Shown here piece after piece: positions 1-8,228 of a stretch of DNA of 32,000 nucleotides. The notes below the pieces were generated by a model that made no database searches, had not been told where the DNA came from, and was given only the letters and a program-made list of their open reading frames with translations. The DNA lies in the NCBI RefSeq assembly GCF_025273655.1, contig NZ_CP045921.1, positions 330,001-362,000 of the forward strand, in the 5' to 3' direction. The stretch comes from Candidatus Saccharimonadota bacterium. Its GTDB lineage: Bacteria > Patescibacteriota > Saccharimonadia > Saccharimonadales > Saccharimonadaceae. The first letter of the stretch is position 1. Each line of letters opens with the position of its first letter. A program made the translations under genes and the position numbers.

Positions 1-765
1 GAGAAGGTAATGCAGGAGCTTAGTATCAATGTCCGCTATATCATCACGATCAACGAGCCAAATGTGTATGTTGAGCGTAGCTACCATGCTGGCGAATGGC
101 CGCCAAACGTGCGCAGTAAATGGCAAACGCTGGTAGTGATGAATAACTTAGCACGAGCACACAATCAAGCTGCTCGCGTGATCCACGAGCTCAAGCCGCG
201 CGCCAAGGTCTCGGTGGCGTATCACTCGGCATACATTTATGCAGGTGATGATGCGTGGCTGAGTCATATGAGCGCGTCTATTATGCAGTTTGTCCATGAT
301 GACTACTTCCTGCTTAAGGTGTATAAGCAGTGCGATTTTCTAGGAGTCAACTATTACCGGAGTTACCGCGTCTATGGGTATCGCATCCATAACCCCGAGT
401 TTAGTCATACCGATCTTGGTTGGGACAATAGCCCTGACAATATCGAACACGCGCTAGTGCGTCTCCACGACAAATACAAGCTGCCGATTTTCATCACCGA
501 AAACGGCATTGCCGACGCGCGAGACGAACAGCGCCAGGAGTGGCTCGAAGCAACGATACGTGCTATGCTGGCCGCAATCACCGATGGTGTCGATTTGCTT
601 GGATACTTGCACTGGAGCCTGCTTGACAACGTAGAGCTCGACAGTGGTCGCTGGCCACGTTTTGGGTTGGCGCAGGTCAACTATCTGACAATGGAGCGTA
701 AACTGCGCCCGAGTGCCGTCTGGTTCGGCAAAGTGATCAAAAAACTACGAAAGGTGGACCAGTGA
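1..765 (+). CDS. Glycoside hydrolase family 1 beta-glucosidase, 5'-truncated by the window edge
   Basis: The frame is open from base 1 (codons E-K-V precede the first Met at 10). Contains the GH1 acid/base motif TINEPN and the nucleophile motif ITENG. Confidence 0.85.
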   Translation, partial: EKVMQELSINVRYIITINEPNVYVERSYHAGEWPPNVRSKWQTLVVMNNLARAHNQAARVIHELKPRAKVSVAYHSAYIYAGDDAWLSHMSASIMQFVHDDYFLLKVYKQCDFLGVNYYRSYRVYGYRIHNPEFSHTDLGWDNSPDNIEHALVRLHDKYKLPIFITENGIADARDEQRQEWLEATIRAMLAAITDGVDLLGYLHWSLLDNVELDSGRWPRFGLAQVNYLTMERKLRPSAVWFGKVIKKLRKVDQ

Positions 766-1790
766 AAGAACCGTTTGCGCGCACCGAGATCAAAATAGCT
801 GTTATCGGTGGGGGTACGGGTAGCTTTACGTTACTTTCTGCGCTCAAAGACCATACCTCGCAGCTGGCTGCGTTAGTAAATATGGCAGATGACGGTGGCA
901 GTACTGGAGTACTACGCGACGAGCTTGGTGCATTGCCACCTGGCGACATCCGTCAATGCTTAGTGGCACTCAGTGATTCTGAACGGGTGCGAGATCTGTT
1001 CAATTATCGGTTCGAAGAGGGAAGCCTCAAGGGCCATGCATTTGGCAACCTTTTCCTCACGGCGCTCGAAAAGATGACAGGAGATTTCGGCAGCGGCGTC
1101 GAAGTGGCAAGCGAGGTGCTCAATATCAAAGGTGTCGTAGAGCCAATTACGCTCACGAGTGTCAAACTGGCGATGCGTGACAGTCAGGGTCGAGAGACGC
1201 GTGGAGAGTTCCAGATTAGTGATATGGAATTTGGCGACGAGCGACCGGAGCTGTGGCTCGAGCCTGAACCAACGCCAAATCCGCGCGCTATTCGCGCTAT
1301 TGAGACAGCAGATATCGTCGTCATCGCACCTGGCCAACTATACAGTAGTATTGCACCAGCGCTTATTGTACCTGGAGTTGGCGAGGCGCTTGGTCGCACC
1401 AAAGCGTTCTGTCTGTACGTCTGCAATCTCGTCACTAAGCCCGGCCAGACCGACAGCTACCAGGTCAATGATTTTGCCGACGAAATCGAGCGATTTGCCG
1501 GTCAGAAGTTTCTCGACGCGGTGCTGTTTAATACCGAGCGACCGAGTGATGAACTGCTCGAAAAATACGCCAAATTTGGAGAAAAAAGCGTCGGTTACGA
1601 TGAAGTAAGTTTGCATGATAAGCCATATATTGCGGCGGGTGCCAAGCTTCTTTCGGGTTCTATCTGGAAAAACACCAACACGGCTGATCCCATAGCTGCG
1701 GCGCGCACGCTGATTCGTCACGACTCAGATGCTGTCGCAAATGCTATAATCAAGCTATATGAATACGCCCGTGACGCCAAGCAGTACTGA
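762..1790 (+). CDS. yvcK: YvcK/CofD-like (UPF0052, gluconeogenesis factor family) protein
   Basis: 342 aa. The blocks IAVIGGGTGSFTLLSALK and NMADDGGSTGVLRDE...PPGDIRQCLVAL are typical of the YvcK family. The GTG start overlaps the upstream stop (GTGA), and AAGGTGG lies just upstream. Confidence 0.75.
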   Translation: MKEPFARTEIKIAVIGGGTGSFTLLSALKDHTSQLAALVNMADDGGSTGVLRDELGALPPGDIRQCLVALSDSERVRDLFNYRFEEGSLKGHAFGNLFLTALEKMTGDFGSGVEVASEVLNIKGVVEPITLTSVKLAMRDSQGRETRGEFQISDMEFGDERPELWLEPEPTPNPRAIRAIETADIVVIAPGQLYSSIAPALIVPGVGEALGRTKAFCLYVCNLVTKPGQTDSYQVNDFADEIERFAGQKFLDAVLFNTERPSDELLEKYAKFGEKSVGYDEVSLHDKPYIAAGAKLLSGSIWKNTNTADPIAAARTLIRHDSDAVANAIIKLYEYARDAKQY

Positions 1791-2454
1791 CACATTTTAT
1801 ATTGTCGACTTTGACCGTACATTAGTAGACAGTGACAAGTTACTGCAGGTATTTATAGAAATTACCAATCAATATATTTTGCTGCCAATCGAACGTGTCC
1901 AGAAAATCGATGCCGATGTGAAGGCGAAGGGTGACTCGTTTGACACGGCGAGCTATGTGCGTGATCATTTGGCTGACCAGGACTCGCTTGATCTCTGGGA
2001 ACGACTCCAAAAACAGTTTATCCACGAGAGTAGGGCACTCAACATGCTCCTGCCCGGGGCAAATGAGTTATTGGCATATCTCAATCGTACGCACAAATCA
2101 CACGGGATTCTCACATATGGTAACCCACTCTGGCAGCATCTCAAGCTCACCGCCAGCGGGTTTAATCATGTGCACCGCATTGTCACGACAGACAAGCACA
2201 AGGGCCGGCTGATCTCAGGCTGGCAGCAGTCAGACGGCTCATTTCATCTGCCGCCGGAGTTTGGCGGTAGGGCGGTGGAGCGCGTCGTGCTTATCGACGA
2301 TAAATCAGCCAGCTATGATGGCTTTCCGCCCGAGCCATCGCATGGCTATCAGCCGCTCGATTACGCTACGGCACTTCCGGCTCAACTTGGTGATGTCCCT
2401 CGCAATGTCACGCATGTTACCTCGCTGCATCAGGTAATCGATTTGCTCGAGTAA
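1759..2454 (+). CDS. HAD-superfamily hydrolase-like protein (specific function unknown)
   Basis: 231 aa. Has HAD motif I, DFDRT (DxDxT), in FYIVDFDRTLVD, and an acidic motif IV-like VVLIDDKS. The ATG overlaps the 3' end of the upstream gene by 32 nt. Confidence 0.5.
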   Translation: MNTPVTPSSTDTFYIVDFDRTLVDSDKLLQVFIEITNQYILLPIERVQKIDADVKAKGDSFDTASYVRDHLADQDSLDLWERLQKQFIHESRALNMLLPGANELLAYLNRTHKSHGILTYGNPLWQHLKLTASGFNHVHRIVTTDKHKGRLISGWQQSDGSFHLPPEFGGRAVERVVLIDDKSASYDGFPPEPSHGYQPLDYATALPAQLGDVPRNVTHVTSLHQVIDLLE

Positions 2455-2550
2455 GTGATCCTGGGCTTGATTCAGGACTCTGTATAATAATACTCGCAGC
2501 TCCCAACTACAAATAATATGGTGAAATATATTTCTAAGTGGTTAAGACTA

Positions 2551-2579
2551 TTGACAAAGCATAAGCTATATGCTAGTAT
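2551..2579 (+). promoter_or_regulatory. Sigma-70-type promoter TTGACA-17-TAGTAT
   Basis: TTGACA at 2551-2556, a 17-nt spacer and TAGTAT at 2574-2579. The in-frame ATG at 2590 lies 10 nt after the -10 with no SD, which argues for start 2590 rather than the track start at 2518. Confidence 0.6.
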
Positions 2580-2589
2580 TAAAAGTATC

Positions 2590-2877
2590 ATGACACAGAA
2601 AACAAAAACCACAACCAAAAAAGCAACGATCAAAACTACAAGCAAAGCTGAGCTGGCGAAAGCACTTGCCAAAGACGAGAAGAAGCTGGCGAAAGACAAG
2701 GTGATGCTGGCTGAAGCCGAAGAGCGCATCGTCGAGATGACTATCGGCGAGGATGTACGCAATGCCGTCCTGATCGTGTCCCTTCTTATCAACATGTTTA
2801 TTTTCATCGCATGGCTCATGATGCAGGTAACAACAGAATACGATTACGCCATTTCTGCAGTTATCTTTGGTCGCTAG
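2590..2877 (+). CDS. Small Lys/Thr-rich protein with a C-terminal transmembrane helix (hypothetical)
   Basis: 95 aa from the internal ATG. Has an N-terminal K/T-rich stretch, a charged helical segment and the hydrophobic AVLIVSLLINMFIFIAWLMM. The promoter sits inside the longer track ORF. Confidence 0.5.
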   Translation: MTQKTKTTTKKATIKTTSKAELAKALAKDEKKLAKDKVMLAEAEERIVEMTIGEDVRNAVLIVSLLINMFIFIAWLMMQVTTEYDYAISAVIFGR

Positions 2878-2908
2878 TTGTCATATAAACCGTGGTATTT
2901 TTGTAAAG

Positions 2909-2935
2909 AATCCCTCGCCAGTACGGCGGGGGATT
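2909..2935 (+). terminator. GC-rich hairpin downstream of the small membrane protein gene
   Basis: AATCCCTCGCC-AGTAC-GGCGGGGGATT gives an 11-bp stem with one G-U pair and a 5-nt loop. The trailing T-tract is weak (ATCTCTGTT). Confidence 0.45.
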
Positions 2936-2954
2936 ATCTCTGTTAGTGCGTATA

Positions 2955-2978
2955 GTTATCCACAATTTTGTGGATAAC
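2955..2978. promoter_or_regulatory. Perfect palindrome containing two head-to-head consensus DnaA boxes
   Basis: GTTATCCACA-ATTT-TGTGGATAAC. TTATCCACA occurs at 2956-2964 (+) and 2969-2977 (-), matching the canonical DnaA box TTATNCACA. Confidence 0.55.
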
Positions 2979-3008
2979 ACAAAGCACCACTTCAGAAAAA
3001 GTCAAAAA

Positions 3009-3040
3009 TGGGGGTTGCAGTGGGTAAAAGTGGGTAGTAT
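3009..3040 (+). promoter_or_regulatory. MraZ-box-like direct repeats with 10-bp period, abutting a -10-like TAGTAT
   Basis: TGGGG at 3009-3013, GTGGG at 3020-3024 and GTGGG at 3030-3034, followed immediately by TAGTAT at 3035-3040. This resembles the spaced (G)TGGG repeats bound by MraZ upstream of mraZ in E. coli. Confidence 0.6.
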
Positions 3041-3134
3041 GATGAATTCAGTGGCAAACGTAACGAACGACAAAAACAAACAAGCCCACTAAAACCACAA
3101 CAATACAAAGCACTTAAACCCGAGAAGGAACAAA

Positions 3135-3497
3135 GTGGCAACGGTAGATTACTTCGAGCGAAAGCTGGACGACAAGCACCGACTTACCATCCCAGCAGAG
3201 CTACGCCAGGAATTTGCCAGCGGAGTTGTCATCACTCGCGGATTTAAGGACTATCTGCATCTCTACCCACAAGACGTGTGGGACAGGGAAGTAGAACAAG
3301 CACTCAGAGGCAATATCCTTGACGAACAAGTCGCGGATCTCAACGTCAAATTTCGACGTGGGAAAACAGCCGATGAACTCGACCAAAAGCAGGGTCGGGT
3401 CACACTAGAGCAACATCTGCTCGACTACGCAGGCATAGACCGGGATATCGTGGCGACACGAGCTGGGCTATACTGGCGTATCGAAGCAGCCAACTAG
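3135..3497 (+). CDS. mraZ: Transcriptional regulator MraZ
   Basis: 120 aa with a GTG start and GAAGGA upstream. Two AbrB/SpoVT-like half-domains are present: LDDKHRLTIPAELRQEF and LDQKQGRVTLEQHLLDYAG. It is the first gene of the dcw cluster. Confidence 0.85.
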   Translation: MATVDYFERKLDDKHRLTIPAELRQEFASGVVITRGFKDYLHLYPQDVWDREVEQALRGNILDEQVADLNVKFRRGKTADELDQKQGRVTLEQHLLDYAGIDRDIVATRAGLYWRIEAAN

Positions 3498-3952
3498 TGG
3501 TAGGTGCTTAAGCAGCCGGTTCTTTAACAACCAGACATTATCAGAAGAAACTCTCGAGATCTGCCAATCTGGCAACGTGGGGTGAGCCTTCCGGAATCAC
3601 GTAAAACCAATCCGGCGTACCTTCCCTAAAAAACACACCTCCCAAAAAACTCCACCTCACACATAAGTCTCTCACACTAGCTACTCTTTATCAGTTGCAC
3701 GTCAACTTTGATACACTTACAGAGTAGCAACGACTTTACAAAAACAAACACTTTACACAAAAAACAAACAACAAACCTACGTTGCCAGTTTGGTGATCTC
3801 GAAGCTGAGCCCAGTATCCTTGCACATATCGGCGTTGACTCGCTGCGATGCTCCCTCTGCGTATCATCTATACGCTTCGGTGCGCGTCTCGCGGTCGCCT
3901 TGATCTGCACAATGATACTGGACTCAGTGACCTGTACGCATACCATGAAAAG

Positions 3953-3961
3953 TGGTATAAT
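3953..3961 (+). promoter_or_regulatory. Extended -10 promoter TGgTATAAT directly in front of the rsmH start codon
   Basis: TGGTATAAT at 3953-3961, then 8 nt, then ATG at 3970. No SD is present, which implies a leaderless or near-leaderless rsmH mRNA. Confidence 0.55.
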
Positions 3962-3969
3962 TATAGGTT

Positions 3970-4890
3970 ATGAGTATCAAAGCACATGTTCCACCACAGT
4001 CTCATAGCTCGAAAGAGTATGAGCTACATGTACCTGTACTTCTCGATGCCACGCTTGAACTGCTAACACCGCAAAAAGGAGAGAGTTATCTCGACCTGAC
4101 AGCGGGATACGGTGGTCATGCCGAGGCGTTTCTCGAGGAGACGGGCAACTTTGCTGATTCTGCTTTAGTAGATCGTGATGAGTATGCCATAGCGCATCTT
4201 GAACGGTTTGCAGCGCGTGGAGTATCTCTACTTCACACCGATTTCGTGAGCGCTGCTCGCGAGCTTATTGCTCAGCAGAAGAAGTTTGACATCGTAGTTG
4301 TGGATTTGGGCGTGTCGTCACCGCAACTCGATCAAGCGACGAGAGGATTTTCTTTTACAAAACCAGGCCCTCTGGATATGAGGATGGACCGTAGTCAAAC
4401 TACGAGCGCCGAGACTATCGTGAACACCTACACAGTGGACGCGCTTGAGCGTATCATCATCAAATACGGAGAGGAACAGCGAGGCTTCGCACGAAGGATC
4501 GCCACTGGAATAGTAGAGAATCGACCCTTCTCGGATACGAAACAACTCGCTGATATGATCGCGCACCTTCACCGTGGCAAATGGCAAAAAATCCATCCTG
4601 CCACGCGCACCTTTCAAGCACTGCGTATCGAGGTTAACCAAGAACTCGCGCAAGTGGAAGCGGTTTTACCACTCCTGCCCAGCCTTTTACACCAGAACGG
4701 TAGGGTAGGGGTGATAAGCTTCCATAGTCTCGAGGATAGGTTGGTGAAGCAGTTTTTTAAAGAGCAGGCACAAGCGGGGTTCGAAGCCGAGCTAAGTTTG
4801 CTCAACAAAAAACCACTCGATGGTGCCACTTACGACGTTCACAATCCGCGCGCTCGGAGCGCCAAACTCCGTGCGGCAGTGAAAAAATAA
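3970..4890 (+). CDS. rsmH: 16S rRNA (cytosine1402-N4)-methyltransferase RsmH
   Basis: 306 aa containing HVPVLLDA, DLTAGYGGHAEAF, DLGVSSPQLD and SFHSLEDR, the hallmark blocks of RsmH/MraW. Confidence 0.92.
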   Translation: MSIKAHVPPQSHSSKEYELHVPVLLDATLELLTPQKGESYLDLTAGYGGHAEAFLEETGNFADSALVDRDEYAIAHLERFAARGVSLLHTDFVSAARELIAQQKKFDIVVVDLGVSSPQLDQATRGFSFTKPGPLDMRMDRSQTTSAETIVNTYTVDALERIIIKYGEEQRGFARRIATGIVENRPFSDTKQLADMIAHLHRGKWQKIHPATRTFQALRIEVNQELAQVEAVLPLLPSLLHQNGRVGVISFHSLEDRLVKQFFKEQAQAGFEAELSLLNKKPLDGATYDVHNPRARSAKLRAAVKK

Positions 4891-4995
4891 ACACAAAGAA
4901 AGGGAGAAGCACTCGCATGCCAATCCACATCAAAGTAGAGAAAAAAGAAGTAGCTGCTGCGTCAATCGCAGTCCGCAAGGGTTAAGCACTGCTTC

Positions 4996-5027
4996 GGCCA
5001 CCTATGTCCCTCGCGGCGTAGGTGGCC
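4996..5027 (+). other. Stable hairpin in the rsmH-ftsL spacer
   Basis: GGCCACCTA-(14 nt)-TAGGTGGCC forms a 9-bp perfect stem. It has no T-tract and is followed by an A/C-rich tract. Confidence 0.4.
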
Positions 5028-5073
5028 ACCAAACACACAAACACAAATATAAACAGAAAGATATACCACCACA

Positions 5074-5418
5074 ATGTCTTACTCACGTACTGCTACGTAC
5101 GCTGCTCGGCGTCAACAAAGCTGGGGGCGCAATCAAAACACCGCTCGGTTTGTTTCTCCAGTCAAATTGGGGCCCGTCATGCATACGATTCTCGTAGCGC
5201 TGATGGTACTCGTACTTGGAATTATTTACCTGTCGCAAGCATCTGGCTCGGCTACCTATGACCATACTGCATATGATCTGGATCAAAAAATCAACGAACT
5301 TGCAACCAAAAAAGCTGACCTCGAAGTAGAGAATGCTCGTCTGAGCTCGCTCGAATCTGTCAAAAACAGCGATGTGGCCAAAGCCATGACGCAACCACAA
5401 GCTGAATACGTACACTAA
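5074..5418 (+). CDS. ftsL: FtsL-like cell division protein (bitopic, coiled-coil)
   Basis: 114 aa with a basic N-terminus, one TM helix (VMHTILVALMVLVLGIIYL) and the periplasmic coiled-coil DLDQKINELATKKADLEVENARLSSLES. It sits between rsmH and ftsI, the canonical ftsL position. Confidence 0.6.
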   Translation: MSYSRTATYAARRQQSWGRNQNTARFVSPVKLGPVMHTILVALMVLVLGIIYLSQASGSATYDHTAYDLDQKINELATKKADLEVENARLSSLESVKNSDVAKAMTQPQAEYVH

Positions 5419-5440
5419 TACGGTATAATAGTAAAAGTAT

Positions 5441-7189
5441 ATGCCACTAGCACTCCGTCATATGACCAGATCACAATTCCTGGCCATGCTTCTCACGGGA
5501 GCGATGGTAGTGATTGTTATGCGGCTATTTTTTCTGCAGGTAATCCAGCATGAACATTATGTGGCACTAGCTACAGAAGAGCAGGTGAAGAAGCTGGTTA
5601 TACCGGCCAACCGTGGCATGATTTATGCGATGGACGGTGGCACTCCAGTGCCGCTCGTGATGAATCAGCAGGTGTATACACTGTTTGCAGATCCTACGGT
5701 AGTAACCGACCCAACTCATGTTGCGCAGGTGGTGCGTGACGTGGCGGGCGGTAATTTGGTTGTTGATGATATTCCTAGAGCGCTTGCCGAGTCAAAATCA
5801 CAAAAATCGATGTATCGTGTGCTCGCAAAAAACGTGACACTGCGCCAGGCTGAACTGATCAAATCCAAAGAGCTGAAAGGCATTGGTTTCCAAAAAGTAT
5901 CCAAACGTGTGTATCCGGAAGGTGACATGGCAGCGCAGACTATCGGCTTCGTAAACAACGAAGGTAAGGGGCAGTATGGGGTAGAGCAGCAGCTCAACGA
6001 CCGCCTGACGGGCAAAGACGGTTTGCTCAAATCTGTCACAGATGTAGCCAACGTGCCGCTGTCTATCGGCAAAGACAATATTCGCGAAGATCCAAAAGAC
6101 GGCGATAATATTGTCCTGACTATCGACCGTAATATTCAAGCCAAGGCACAAGAGGCACTCATGGCTGGATTGCAGCGTAGCGGCGCGACACACGGGAGCG
6201 TGCTGGTGATGGATCCAAATAGTGGCAAAGTGCTGGCGCTGGCCGATTACCCAACATACAGCCCTGCAGAATTTAACAAAGTACAAGATGAGCAGGTATT
6301 TCGCAATATAGCTAGCACTGAACCGTACGAACCGGGCTCGGTGCTTAAGACATTTACGATTGCGACAGGTATCGACAAAGGTGTAATGAACGCGCAGACG
6401 ACATTCTACAATACTGATAAGATCCAGGTTGAGGATCGCACGATTACCAATGCACTTAAAGGTGTGACAGGCACAATTACCATGCAGAAAGCACTCGATA
6501 ACTCACTGAATACCGGTATGGTGACTGTGGCGCAGCGCCTCGGTGACGGCAAAACGATTAATAAGACGGCACGCGATACGATATACGAATATTTTCATAA
6601 TCGACTAGGTCTGGGTGAGCGTACTGGAATCGAAATCGCCAACGAGCAAAAAGGTATTTTGATTTCGCCTCAAGACGAGCAAGGCAACGCAGTACGGTAT
6701 TCCAATATGGCATTTGGGCAGGGGCTCAATGTGACGATGTTGCAGGTGGCGGCCGGATTCTCCGCGATCATTAATGGCGGTACCTACCACTCACCGACGG
6801 TGATAGACGGCACCTACACAAATGGGCAACTGAATCCCGAAAAGCACTCCCAAACTCGGGCAAATGTCATTAGCCAGAGCGCGTCCGCCCAAGCCAAAGA
6901 GATGATACATAACGCCCGTGTCGGCTACACCAAAACCGACACGCCAGGCTACTACATTGGCGGAAAGACTGGTACTTCACAAACGCTCGAGAACGGTCAA
7001 TACGTCGATACCCAGACCGTCGGCACATATTTAGGCTTCGGTGGCACCGAAGCAGAGTCAAAGTACGTTATAATGGTGCAAGTATCAGGTAAAAACATGA
7101 ATCTCGAAGGAAACAAACATGCCATGCCGATTTTCACCGACTTGTCTAACTGGCTTTTGAATTATTATCAACTCCAACCTAAGGTTTAA
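5441..7189 (+). CDS. ftsI: Class B penicillin-binding protein / peptidoglycan D,D-transpeptidase FtsI
   Basis: 582 aa with an N-terminal TM anchor, the active-site SxxK (GSVLKTF) and KTGT (GGKTGTSQ). It occupies the dcw position after ftsL. Confidence 0.88.
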   Translation: MPLALRHMTRSQFLAMLLTGAMVVIVMRLFFLQVIQHEHYVALATEEQVKKLVIPANRGMIYAMDGGTPVPLVMNQQVYTLFADPTVVTDPTHVAQVVRDVAGGNLVVDDIPRALAESKSQKSMYRVLAKNVTLRQAELIKSKELKGIGFQKVSKRVYPEGDMAAQTIGFVNNEGKGQYGVEQQLNDRLTGKDGLLKSVTDVANVPLSIGKDNIREDPKDGDNIVLTIDRNIQAKAQEALMAGLQRSGATHGSVLVMDPNSGKVLALADYPTYSPAEFNKVQDEQVFRNIASTEPYEPGSVLKTFTIATGIDKGVMNAQTTFYNTDKIQVEDRTITNALKGVTGTITMQKALDNSLNTGMVTVAQRLGDGKTINKTARDTIYEYFHNRLGLGERTGIEIANEQKGILISPQDEQGNAVRYSNMAFGQGLNVTMLQVAAGFSAIINGGTYHSPTVIDGTYTNGQLNPEKHSQTRANVISQSASAQAKEMIHNARVGYTKTDTPGYYIGGKTGTSQTLENGQYVDTQTVGTYLGFGGTEAESKYVIMVQVSGKNMNLEGNKHAMPIFTDLSNWLLNYYQLQPKV

Positions 7190-7190
7190 T

Positions 7191-8228
7191 ATGCAAGATT
7201 TCATCACACTTTCGCAGCTAACAAACGAAATGACTAGTACATTTATTCTCAGTGTGGCGGCATTTTTGCTGGCAACGGCTTTGACGCCAATTTATACCTA
7301 CGCAGCATACCGTTATCGCTTCTGGAAGAAACAGCGTGACACAAGTACAACTGGTGAGAAGTTGCTCGTATTCGTCAAACTTCACAAAGAGAAATTCAAG
7401 CGTAACATCCCTACGATGGCCGGTGCAATTGGCGTAATTGCCATTACCACCGTCACGCTCGTCAATCTCGACAGGGGGGAGACCTGGTTGCCGCTGGCAG
7501 CACTGCTGGGGGGCGCATTTGTGGGCCTGCTCGACGATATTATCAATCTAAGAGGTGATGGTACAGGGGTGGCGGGCATGCGCTCAAGCGTTAAGTTCCT
7601 TATGATCACAGCACTGGGCTTAGCACTAGGGTGGTTTTTCTGTGTCAAGCTTGGGTATAGTAGTGTGCATATTCCGTTTGTTGGGCCACTAGAGATTGGT
7701 TGGTTTATGATTCCGCTATTCGCCTTCGCGGTAGTAGCAACGGGTAACGCAGTTAATATTAGTGACGGATTGGATGGACTTGCAGGTGGGTTGCTGGCGC
7801 TAAGTTTTAGTACATTTGGTGTGATTGCACTTCTGCAGGGGCAGTTCCATCTGGCGGGCTTCTGTTTTACGGTTGTCGGTGCGCTGCTCAGCTATCTGTG
7901 GTTTAATATTTACCCGGCTAGATTTTTCATGGGTGACGTAGGGAGTTTTGCATTTGGCGCCTCTTTGGGCGTGGTGGCGATGCTCACAAACACGCTTTTC
8001 CTGCTGCCGGTCATCGGGGTGATTTTTGTAGTAGAAGCAGGCTCAAGTTTGATCCAGATATTCAGCAAGCGAGTCTTTCATCGTAAAATCTTTACGTCTG
8101 CGCCTATCCATCACCATCTGGAGGCTGCCGGCTGGCCAGAAACTAAGGTGACGATGCGCTTCTGGGTAATTGGCGCTGTGGCGGCATTCCTCGGTGTGTA
8201 TCTTGCGATCGCCGGAGGACATATTTAG
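7191..8228 (+). CDS. mraY: Phospho-N-acetylmuramoyl-pentapeptide transferase MraY
   Basis: 345 aa and polytopic. Contains the NAVNISDGLDGLAGG motif and a HHHLE block characteristic of MraY. Confidence 0.92.
   Translation: MQDFITLSQLTNEMTSTFILSVAAFLLATALTPIYTYAAYRYRFWKKQRDTSTTGEKLLVFVKLHKEKFKRNIPTMAGAIGVIAITTVTLVNLDRGETWLPLAALLGGAFVGLLDDIINLRGDGTGVAGMRSSVKFLMITALGLALGWFFCVKLGYSSVHIPFVGPLEIGWFMIPLFAFAVVATGNAVNISDGLDGLAGGLLALSFSTFGVIALLQGQFHLAGFCFTVVGALLSYLWFNIYPARFFMGDVGSFAFGASLGVVAMLTNTLFLLPVIGVIFVVEAGSSLIQIFSKRVFHRKIFTSAPIHHHLEAAGWPETKVTMRFWVIGAVAAFLGVYLAIAGGHI

Noticed and set aside
4776-4788. GGGGTTCGAAGCC, resembling a tRNA T-arm
   Set aside because: It lies inside the well-supported rsmH coding frame. 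No acceptor, D or anticodon arms can be built around it.
5022-5261. 79-aa + ORF overlapping the ftsL start region
   Set aside because: It is out of frame with the ORF that gives the expected FtsL topology (basic N-terminus, TM helix, coiled coil), and it begins inside the hairpin at 4996-5027.
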